DNA of 64,000 nt, taken from NCBI GenBank assembly GCA_030704615.1, contig CM060731.1, positions 21,390,001 to 21,454,000 of the forward strand, read 5' to 3'. Each line of letters starts with the position of its first letter. Within the stretch, counting starts at the first letter, position 1. This document shows, in pieces, positions 49,784 through 60,499 of this stretch. Position numbers and translations under genes: made by a program. The DNA is from Takakia lepidozioides (taxonomy: Eukaryota > Plantae > Bryophyta). The notes under the pieces are model-generated. The model ran no database searches. It was not told the DNA's origin and saw only the letters and a list, made by a program, of their open reading frames with translations.

Positions 49784-51640
49784 CTAGTCGTTGGCCAGGC
49801 TTTCGAAAATCCCATCTTCACCTTGCGGAACCGACCATCTCACCTCCGTTGGCTCGTCGTCCTCCCTGTCTGCATCGCTCTCATCCGCTGAATCACATAT
49901 GAACTTTCGCACCCGTCTACCTGCCTCAGCTGTTGCTAACTCTTTCCTTATCCTTCTGTCCTCCCTAGCCCTCTCCAAAATCTGCTCTACTTTACTGGGA
50001 TTCTCACATCGTCTAATCGTTGTATTTGCGAGTTTAGCTGCATAACTAGGAAGGGAGTAGTCCTTCACCGGGCTCATCAGGAAGTCGGCCCTCGCAAAGA
50101 ACGGGACATTCTTCCTGGCAGGAAGTGTAGGCCTTACATGTTTCGACCCGGATCCTCCAATCCTGCATAAAACAATCACCATAGAGACCAATGAGAACCA
50201 CAGTCCGGAAATGCGTTTGACAAAAAATCACCCAGAAGGCTTTGCAAACTTACAATGTTTGCACTCACTCGTATTCCGGGTTCTCCTCGGCATCAATGTC
50301 CACTGTCTCTTCCTCCGACTCCGACGAATCCGAGGAGTCTTTGACTTCGATGGGAGCCTTCACATTCCGTTGCAGCCCTTCCAGATGGATTCCCAGACGC
50401 CTGTGTCCTCCTCGTAGGCAAAGAGGTGCCGGTCGGAAAACCGCCCAGCCCACATAGAGGCACCTGTTACAATGCCATCCACACATTATGACATGGCCCT
50501 TCAGATGTTGCAAATGAAAGCATAACGAGAGTTTGCAGAAAAACATACAACAAGATTATGCATACCTGTCCCACAGATGAGGTCGAGCACTGTGCCCTCC
50601 ACGTCAGTGCATGTCTCCATAATTGTCTGAATGAAGGCAGGGCTCCGAGTGCGTGAATACCGCAGGGGTTCAGTTGAAGTGAGGCTATGAGGGAGAAGTT
50701 CCGTGGGAACGTTGTTGAACAGGACGTCGTAATCGATGGGGTCGCAGTTCGGGTCAACCAACAATCCCTCCTTCCGGAAAGCAAAGGTGGAGTTCTCCTT
50801 CACAAAGCAGTATGCATCGAACTGCTTCGTCTGCATACACAGTGGGGAACGATTAGAAATCAAATGCGGCACCGCATTTCAGGACTCCTAAGAAAATGAA
50901 AGGACGAGTGCCAAGGTCGTAATTACCTTCTTCCCTTCCGACCAAAGGCCCAATGTGTTGATGCATGTTTCTTCTTCAGAATTGGGACGGCGCTCTTGCG
51001 GGTCCACTTCACAATTCATGTCTGCGTGTTTTTGCCTCTGCTCGCCAGGACAACCACACAGCCTCTGTCGTCCAACACCATGCGGGCGAGCCCAAATCCT
51101 TTCTTCCAAAAGTCCTCGGAGTACCTGTTCCAAGATGGCAAAGCTTGCAGTCCTTCCACAGGCTCTCCGTCTGGAATATCCAAGATGATCATATCGCAAG
51201 ACCAATCGGTGGAATTTCCGCCCCTCCTGCAATCCTTGCCTGCACACACCCTCTCAAAGAACGAGACCATCTTCAGAAACCCGGGGGTGTCGGAAGGCTC
51301 TTCGGCAGCCGCCTTCTTCAGTGCTCTGCCCTTCAGACCCTCCATGGTCTTCATGTATGCCAACTTGGCTGCCCGTCCATCCAAAGCCGCCAAGAAACTC
51401 TCATTCACACACTGGACTACTGTATCGGGATCCACTTTCGGCCTCTTCATTTCCACCGGCTCGAAAGGGTGCCCCCCCGGGGGGTTGAAGAGTGCCTTCT
51501 TTGCCGAGCCAGTTCTCGTCCCTCTCGTGACAACGGTGGGCACAGGGGATTTCGGCTGCGTCTCGGGGGGTGGGCTGGCTGCAAAGTCTCCATCAGAGTC
51601 CTCTTCCCCACCCTCTACCTACACTATCTGTTTCTGCTTC
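49784..51640 (-). pseudogene. Intron-containing beta-class amino-DNA methyltransferase-like gene (copy 2), 5' part lost at array 4
   Basis: Motif IV-like CDMIILDIPDG..W..FWKKGFGLARMVLDDRGCVVV precedes motif X-I RSPAFIQTIMETCTDVEGTVLDLICGT|GASMWAGRFSDRHLFAYEED. The intron position equals that in copy 1, and the tail SP..Y.LP.YA / FI.DSA is shared. Confidence 0.72.
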
Positions 51641-51647
51641 TTCGTTT

Positions 51648-52145
51648 TGCGGTGCCGCATTTCTGTTCCTGTTGTTCATAATTCTCAATCAGAATGGAAA
51701 TGCGGTACCGCATTTCCGTTCCACCTTCACATACCGTGCTTGCTGGATGGAAATGCGTTACCGCATTTCCGTTCTGGAGAGTATGAAGGTCTCACCCGGG
51801 CGGAAATGTGGTGCCGCATTTCCGTTCTGGAATGTCGGAAAGTGCGACTCGGACGGAAATGCGGTGCCTCATTTCTTTTCCCTTTGTTCATGATTCTCAA
51901 TCAGAACGGAAATGCGGTACCGCATTTCCGTTCCACCTTCACATACCGTGCTTGCTGGATGGAAATGCGTTACCGCATTTCCGTTCTAGAGAGTGTAAAG
52001 GTTTCCCCCGGACGGAAACTCGGTGCCGCATTTCCGTCGCTCTGATGCATGACCAGGACGCAATACGGAAATGCGGCTCCGTGTTTCCGTCCAGCAGCAA
52101 TCGAAAGAATCACTCCGGACGGAAATCTGAAACCTCATTTCCGCA
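51648..52145. repeat. Palindrome array 4 (inverted copy of 42600-43100)
   Basis: Same palindromes and spacers as the left part of array 2, reverse-complemented. Confidence 0.9.
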
Positions 52146-52524
52146 TGCTGAACCTGAATGGGTTGCATTGTTCCGAAACAACAGAATTGCGGCCAGTCTT
52201 GATGAGCACAACTAGGTTGTCTGACCGTTTTAACTAACAGTCCTGGCACTTGTCAGTGCGAACGCTCCTGTCCGTACCGAGAATACTGCTGGATCCACCC
52301 TCAGGAGAAACTGTCAAGAGATGTTATTTCGTCGCCGATTCGGCCATCATTGTCAAACTTACTGGCTATGGAATCACACCTCCCACCTTCATGCATGTAG
52401 CTTGAAACTATACTTTCCACTTCAATGTGCGACTTCCAATCGTCGATGGACTCCGCATGGTGCCTGTGAGCCTTCGTCTGTCGCTATACTGAACCTCGCA
52501 CTTGCCAACTTTGTGCGGTGTTCG

Positions 52525-54945
52525 ATGGCTCCGAATTCCTACGCTATAGTTTGCTGTCCTCCGCAACTTGGGAGAGCCTGGATCCCAAACAAGGGAGGAG
52601 TTTGCAAAGTGACTGAAACTTACCTTTGTTCTAAATTCAAGCTCAAACCGGGCACAATTTACTTGGAAGAAGAAAGGAAGGATGTTCCTGGACAGGTTGT
52701 CGAGACCATTGTCGTGCTAGGTAACGACGGAGGTTGCGGAATCGAATGGCACGTACCCCCATCAGACACCATCCTATACCGAGCTGTGGGAATGCCCATT
52801 CCCTTTCCGAATCAGTCGCTGCCCACACCATCCACAAAGGAGTCCGGAAACCGACAGGCGGCCACTACCAACAGAGAGGTATGCAACGATAATCATTCCC
52901 GACCTGGACCGTCAAGACCCTCCATAGCTTCTCGTGTGGACGTATTCGACATTTCCGACGATGAAGATGAGTGCATTGAGGTCCCTATGTCCTCCACACG
53001 GTCGTTCAAATCCGACATGGACGTCTCTGCAGGTGCTACGCAAGTACTCTCGAGCATAACTCCAACCCGGTCCATTGTGCAGCTCCTACGACAACATCAC
53101 CTCGATGGTTCTCGCTCCGAGCTGGCTGCTCTCGACTATGCCAAATTTCCGGTCAGGAAGGTAACGTATCTGCCTCCCGAAATCGATGGCAATGTCATCT
53201 TTGAGTTTCCACCTGTCACTTCCTCAAACAAAGCCTCAGGGATGTTAACAGACATGGATCGAAAGCATGACGGACACCCTTGGTGTGTGACGAAGACCAG
53301 TAGCTACGTTTTCTGCCCTACAGCCATATCATTGACTTCCAGGCCAATTTGTACCATGGGGTGCCTGGCAGATATTGTTCGTGTACGATACGTCCTCTGT
53401 GCGGGGAAGCTGAGGTGCCTGAATCCCGCCTGCTTCCACTTTCTTTCCAAATGAGGGCGGAGAAACGAGACGGATTGGACTAGCACAACGCATCATCCAT
53501 TCATTGTCTCCAGCCAAGCTCCTGCGGGTACTTTCAAGTGCGCACATTGCAAAGAACCACCAACGTGCATGTCCATGTGCAGAGCCAAGCAATATTACGT
53601 TATCCATTTGCTCCCGGACTTGACTAGAGCTTGCATACACGTTGGGGTCCACTGCCACCCCTTGGCGAGAGGCAACATGCGTGAGGCTGTGCAGGAAGCA
53701 CACGACATCATAAAAGAGGAGGTGAAATTGAGCCCCGGAGCAAGACCAAAGCAGATTCAGCTGAAGGCAGCCCACAAGATTGCTCTTGGAAAAATCATGT
53801 CTGAAGATGGTTCAGACCGAGTGCCCTTGAACGAAAAGGAGATGCTTGACCTGTTGGAGTCCGTCTCGCACGTTTGTAGTCCGAATGTGCGGAATCACAT
53901 CGTATCTTGCAAGCAGGAGTTCGGCCGGGGTCCGGACATGCACTCAATCCTGGAGGTGAAACGAATGACTGGATATGACTACATCCAAGGTAGCAGGTTT
54001 CCAGGGCAAGGCACCGAATCCGATCGTTGTTACATTTTCAAAATGTCGACGTGTGGGCCTGGGAGTGGAGTCGACTTGGTCACTCGCATGACAACTGGAA
54101 ACTTGTCGAATGCTTGGGTGATGTTTGATCACATCAAGCGAATTACAAACCATCAGTGGGTGACTATGGGTGCGCATGTTTATGACTATCACTCCAAGAG
54201 GCTCATGACGATTGCAATCTGCGAGATGAAAGGGGAGGACACACAGTCGGAGATGCATCTGTGGGAGGGCATAAACGAGCAGATGGCAAGGGCAGGATTG
54301 CCAGAGCCCAATTTCAGGGGATTCATGGCAGACAACGCTCAAGCCAACTGGGCAGCGGTGCGGCGTGTGTACGGTGAGGACCCCAATGTTCCAATGGAGG
54401 GGAAAGAGAGATCCTGTGGATTCCATTGGATGCAGAGTCTATCCCACTACACTACCAAATTTGTTGCTAGCTCATTCCAGGCTGAACACCGTGTCCTTTG
54501 TACGGCGTGGAAGGATGCACCCACATTTGATGACGCGGAGGTTAAGTTTGCTATCATCGAGGCTTGGTGGAACACGTCAGGTGCAGTGGAGACAACCAAT
54601 CTGGGAGCCTGGCACAGCTGGTTGGGGTGGTGGCATTTCCGGTATCGACAGTTCGGACAGTACATGCGGGAGGTATGATGCTGTCATTTTCGTGCAATTG
54701 TCTTTCTATTACGGACCTTTCCATTGGTTCCTCACCATTGTCTGTGTCCTTGTAGGAGTGGTGCTTGGATTCCGACACGGACATGCCGAACACGAATATG
54801 GCAGAATCAGTGCACTCCTCCTGGCGAGCGTCTTCTGCCGCACATCTGGTGGACATAGTGACGGCCACAACGGAGGACATCGACGTAGCAATCATGCAGC
54901 AAGCCACGTACTACAAGTTCCTGAGCGGGAAACAATGGGGCTTTG
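52525..54945 (+). pseudogene. MULE transposase copy 2 (premature stop 53452-53454, intron 54673-54755, 3' truncated)
   Basis: Near-identical inverted copy of 39128-41492 with the same GCM-like, D, D, CxxH and E motifs. Confidence 0.85.
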
Positions 54946-56460
54946 CCTACGAATGGCTCAAAATTCAAATGCATTTTCACTACCACCCGCCACGTTGCAG
55001 CGTGGTTTTCAGTTCATATTTGTACGATGCCTAGGTCTCTAGTTGATTTTGTTGTCGGGGTGTGTAGAAGAATTCCACAAATTAATATGAGAGCCTCTAG
55101 CCGTCCAGAAAGTTGGAGGACCATGAATCAGAATGTCACATGCAAAGGATGTTGCACTGGTCCCACGAGCAGTTGATATCATGAAGAAGAATTGATTGTC
55201 TCTTTTCAAAATATCTAATCTAATAGATGCAAAACACACATCCCTCGTTTTATCTCCTTTAACAAACATATAAACATAAATCATGTGCAAAGCTATTGTG
55301 GTCGGCGGATCTTTTATGGGATTGGACACGCTTACAACAGCTTTTCCATAAGTGCTAGAGAGCTGTGACATGTCCAGACAATACGAGAACTCTAGGGCAT
55401 CAATCAAATGCAACTCCATCCAAACGGGACAAAGGTCGAGTTACTCAAATTAAAAAGATAGAGGAAAAAATTAACCTAAACATGGCCATAATGTAACATT
55501 AATTGAAGAATTTGTTTTAAATTGGACTGCATGTCATTCCTAGCCATGTGATATAGGTAGACCCTGCCCATTCATTTACTTTTGGGTTTTAGTACTTCCA
55601 TGTGCAAATAAACATTATTTTTGGGATTTGCATTACTTTGTGTAGTCTAGTGGAGGAGACAATAGCTCCATGAAGAGAAAGCACACAATATTTACAAGTG
55701 ACATGTTGTCATTTGCAATATATATATATATTTTGTGACGTTGCTTGTTTGTATAAGTACTTCATCTTGGTTATATGATATACTTATTATAAATGACCTA
55801 CATAATATTGGGGGGTACATGTGTCATGTACATTGTAGAAATAAAAATTAAATTATCAATTTTTATATGTATATATAAATGATGCTATATAATCTTTTAT
55901 ATTTCGTTTGTCACATCCTTGTGATTTTTTTATTGAGAACATTGCCTTGCATGTCTAGCAATACAAAACATTCTAAGTTTTATGAACACAATATTTCAAA
56001 CATTTATAAGTATTCAAGTAAAAAAATGCATTGACTATATATCTATACATCATCTCTAAATCATGCAGCCTATGTATAGGTCACTCAGGATATTTTTGAG
56101 TTCATGCGATACACATAAATGATCAATATAATAATAGGATGTGCATGTTAGAACTTAGAATGAATATTAAATTATAAAATCGAATATACATATTAAAATG
56201 ATATTTGCTATTCATTTTTTCATTTGATCTCCCAAATCCATGTGTCTTATTTAATTTAAAACAACTTATGCATGACAATGAAAAATATTCTACTTATGAG
56301 ACTCTGTACACATAAATGATCAATATAATAATAGAGGTATATGTAAGAATGAACAGGGAATTGTGATATTTTATATGCATTTATGACGGAGTCATGTAGT
56401 TCTGTCGAGAGATTGCGAGTTATCTATTCTAGGAAATTTTAGGGAAGAGTTCTTGAGCAA
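54946..56460. other. AT-rich non-coding segment truncating transposase copy 2 (probably an unclassified TE)
   Basis: Abrupt loss of homology to copy 1 at about 54945 and very low GC. There is an internal direct repeat ACACATAAATGATCAATATAATAATAG at about 56110 and 56308. Confidence 0.4.
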
Positions 56461-56569
56461 TGCAAGCATTTCTGTGGGGCGGTAGATGTGCCTTGGACTT
56501 CTCATCATTGCCAAATCTATGTGTGCCTTGTGTTGAAAGGTGTTGGATTAGCTTTTGAAATAAATTACA

Positions 56570-58870
56570 CTTGCAATTGTGAAGCTGTTAGGGCCCAGAT
56601 GCGCGACAGGTGGCAGGAAAGCAGGCGCAAATCAGTTGCCAAAGAAGAAATCAATGTGACCCGATGGAGGCAACTAAAACAGAACTTGGAGTCTAAGCAA
56701 GAGGTAGACTTCCCATTTCACATCTGAGTTGGATGTGTCTGAGTCAAGCTATCTTCCCTTAAAGCAATGTGCACAGAGACTAGTTCAGGCGTCCAAAATC
56801 TTCTTGCATGAGGGGGGTGTCTCATGAAACACAATCTGAATTATGCTCTTGGACAATGCCGGGTGTATAGCAGGGGCCAGCCTTGAGTCAATCTATACTA
56901 CAATTCCTGATATGACTACAGTTTCTAGACCTGTTCAGAGAATGGGGTGGGATCCACCCAAAGCAAGCCTCCCACCGACAACCCAACATTTCCAATCACA
57001 GAGATAACCCATTAAGGGGAGAGTAGGTGTGTACTACGAGGACCCTGCTCACCAACAAGTCTATGAGAAATTCTTCCATATAGCTATGCATCATGTGCAG
57101 CCCTGACCACAAATGACAGCCAAGACAACGGTGACTAAAAGAAGATGAGTAGACACCTACGTTCTCTTGGATGACAAACCCAAAAATGGACACCACGTCG
57201 ACCCCTATAAACCCATAGTACGTGCTCAAATCCAAAGTCCTCTACAAGAACAAATGAACAAAAGCATATTGAAGCCATTCCTGATATGTGCAGCCATGAG
57301 AAGCTTAGTTGCAGCTTCAAGACACAAAGGCTTAAGGAGAAGTGTGTTATTTGGAACCTCTAGAGGGCCAGGACCAAGTTTCACTGTGAAACTTTTAATC
57401 ACATGCATGCCTCAGCCACAATTACAAGCTCAACCAGAATCATCCCGTATCAGAACCTCCAAAAAACTATGTGTATGGGGAAAAGGACCGTTCCTCGTCG
57501 AAAAGTATTGATTGCGTAACATCATCAGCTACGATAGCATGTACCTGCATACATGTACATTCAATGAAAGAGCGACAAGTCAATGCGCCAGAGTACAATC
57601 TATTATAAGACCTTGTTGGATCTTGACGAAGTAAACTTAGAGGGGAAAAAAAATTAGACCTCTGAGAGCAGTATCCATAATTTTGATGGCAATTGTCCTG
57701 AGAGGCCAATATTATAGACATATATCTGCCCCGCTGCAACAATGGCGAATGTCATCATAGTCTATCATATCCGACCAGAACTACGACCCCTTCAGCACAG
57801 TTTTAAGACAACATGCCCTCTCAGAACGCAGCTTCATTCTTCTGCTTTAATTCATTGAAAGGGCGGGGGCATCCCCCTGATTGGGGTTGCATCACAAAGC
57901 CGATGTCCTGAATTTGTGCTTTAACTTTTTTCTATCATATTTTGTCCCATGGGCTCTCTCTCTCTCATGGGCCAAGACAAACAACGTCTTATGAGTACAT
58001 TCTCTCTCATGTGCAATAGTTTTAGTTTTTTCATATGCTTTTTTGGTTGATATATTTGTGTCACATGCACATAGAACTTTCAGATCAGGGCCAGAAGCTC
58101 ACAATGTCAAAAACAAGCTCCCTCTCCATAGGAGAGAAGACTCGGTCTGCTCCCAGGCTTGAATTATGCTGTCCTCTTAGCAGGCTGCAGCACCACTACA
58201 GTCAATCGGTATGTAGCCATAAACTGAGATGTAGTGAAGAGACAAGTCATCATCCTCACTGCTCCATGTCTGTAACGTCGAATTAAAAACCCAAGTTTAC
58301 ATCAAACAAATGACTTCATTTGTCCACTGGCTGTTCCTCTTGTAAAAGTTATTCACTCCATGAAAAATAACTATGTATTTGCTGACAGGTGCAGAAATTC
58401 AATGAAAGAATCAGGTAACCTTAAGTGGACTGCTATATTCATGGTTTCCCACAACTGAAGTAGCTACTGCTCAGTGATGGCTCCCCAAATACTACAAACT
58501 TGACGTAAGAATCTTACATCAACATTGTAAACAGCCCCTATGTCAATCTTGTGAGCGCACTTGTCCCTTGTGGCCACCTCCATCCCAACAGCATTGTGGA
58601 AGGACAAGTAACGCACATAGACGTCATGCTCCAAGGCGAACGAGAACTCCCTCCATGTGGAGTCGACCGATGAGATTATGGCCAGACATAAACTAGGTCC
58701 TGCAATTCACACTGTCAGACCATCCAAGACTTACCATAATAAAACCGCAAATAGTGAGGGCTAAATCCTTCACACAACTGGCGGGTTTCTGCAGTGTCTT
58801 TATTCGCATCATCGTTCTCGTCAAACTCCGCGCGGTCCTCATCCATGGGCTCGGGGGGTTGTTTTCCCAT
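56570..58870 (-). pseudogene. PRIM1: DNA primase small subunit pseudogene with introns retained
   Basis: Exons: GFSPHYLRFYYG; REFSFALEHDVYVRYLSF..DKCAHKIDIGAVYNVD; PAKR..FSPMERELVFDI (frameshift); DMIDYDDIRHCCSGADICL*YWPL..IAIKIMDTALR (stop); [23 protein letters not shown]. One downstream exon (56575-56705) lies on the + strand. Confidence 0.85.
57970..58000 (+). mobile_element. 31-bp 5'-truncated LINE insertion with 11-bp TSD
   Basis: GGCCAAGACAAACAACGTCTTATGAGTACAT is flanked by TCTCTCTCATG at 57959-57969 and 58001-58011. Confidence 0.8.
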
Positions 58871-60236
58871 GGTCCTCGATTCAAGTGAATACAAATGACT
58901 ATAGAGATAAGGAAAATGAAGGTACATTTCAGCTACCGTCCAGTCTCTCACAGACCGGTGAACAATGTTGTGTATTCTACGACTACATTCACAGCAAACA
59001 ACAGACTAGATTTACAGAGACATTCTCAATATCCTCCTCGGAGCTCCAGTGTAACACGCAATGGACCCCTTTCTCACAAGCGGACCAAGAAGAAAGGAAG
59101 AGCGCAAAAAGAGGATGAAAAAATTGGGAAATGATTGCTGGCTGGAGAGGCTTTCTTAGGGATGAGCTCACTCTATCATCCGTAGGGACACATCCATTCA
59201 GTTTTCATCCCCGTGAATCATCTATCTCCTCGGAGTCCATGGGAGTCTCAATGGATGTATGAACCCAAGAACTTGGATGTATAATAAAGTTTTTCCCGTA
59301 GTAGATGAATGTATCTAGATTGGGGTGCCTCGTGAGGGTTCAGCTGATTCACGGTGCTCGGCCAGCTCCTGTGACATGGCCCAACTGCGATGCCATTTGC
59401 GGTTTTGCCAATTTGCATGCTGCACTGCCTTGCGAAAAGCTTGGGCTAAAGCAGAGCGGTTAGCTTAAATTAAACATGGCGCTTGGGGCTGGCTAACCCT
59501 ATCGTGGAGACTCCGCGCTACTGCCTTTTGCGAACACTAATGGCAAGAGATGTGGATATGGAAGCGATGCGTTCTATAGAGTTCTGGATCAAGAGAATAA
59601 GTGGAGCGTGTCAGTGGCTCCAAGGTCGAAGAAGACAGAGAGACGCCATGGCCATATAGACTGATTTCTAGCTTAGTAACAAAAAGAGAATTATGTGGTG
59701 TAGATTGCAATAGCAGTGTGACTGGCCTTTGATTGAATGGACTAAGAGCAGAGATGAGCGAACGTGGAGACGGTGGAAGTGCGTGGCAACTGAGAGCTTT
59801 ACAACCTCAGTGCCACTTGCTTTCTGGTTGATTCTACGGCTGTGGGCGATTTAGGGTTTCGGGGTTGACTTCATCGGTGGCTCTCCCGGGGCCTTCATCA
59901 GTCAGCCTGGACAACATGGCGCAGGGTGGAGGCAGCTGGCAGCAGAAATTCTCGAGACTGCGTGGGCTTGATGTTGAGGAAATGGGCATTATACATGCGG
60001 GTCTTATTTGCTGAATCTTTTTACAAGGGAATTGAGGGTTTGTAGTTTGTCCGATCCAGGGATTAGTGTCGAGGCAGGCAGTTGCTTGCTTGTGTACTGG
60101 TCTCGTGGTGGTTCCCGTGTGCAGGAGACACTGGAGTTTTAAGCTTCTGGGGTGTAGTTTATGCGTGAGGAATGAGTACACGAGAGTTTCTGGTGCAATT
60201 ATCCTTGTCTCTGTGTTCTGCGTACTTGGTTTCAGA

Positions 60237-60483
60237 ATGTCTATGATGGATGAGTGCGAGAGCGTTCGCGAGAGTGTTCGGGTGGCTTTGAGAACAAAGC
60301 TAGAGGAGGAATACGTCCGTCTGTTTAGAGATAAGGATTTGGACGTGCTTGGAGAAAATGGATTCACTGATGCAAGACTATTTGCCATTTGTGATGAGGG
60401 AACTCTTAAAGAAGTTCTTCCTGGCCGACGTGCTTTGGTGCGATTGCTCGTTGCCGAATTTGTACAGCCCCAGCCTCTTGAAG
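60237..60483 (+). CDS. Probable first exon of a gene with a small helical (SAM-like) header domain
   Basis: MSMMDECESVRESVRVALRTKLEEEYVRLFRDKDLDVLGENGFTDARLFAICDEGTLKEVLPGRRALVRLL, followed by an AG|GTATG donor. No downstream exons were identified. Confidence 0.35.
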
Positions 60484-60499
60484 GTATGTTTGCTCTCTA

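Noticed and set aside
29934-51640. Bacterial contamination or a restriction-modification operon as the source of the MTases
   Set aside because: The MTase genes contain spliceosomal introns at a shared position and are embedded among eukaryotic TEs.
30966-52145. CRISPR-array interpretation of the regularly spaced palindromes
   Set aside because: The spacers are themselves repeated in higher-order units and vary in length, no cas genes are present, and the context is eukaryotic.
57167-57511. Plus-strand ORF initially resembling a LINE remnant
   Set aside because: It overlaps a PRIM1 exon on the opposite strand and has no convincing RT motifs.
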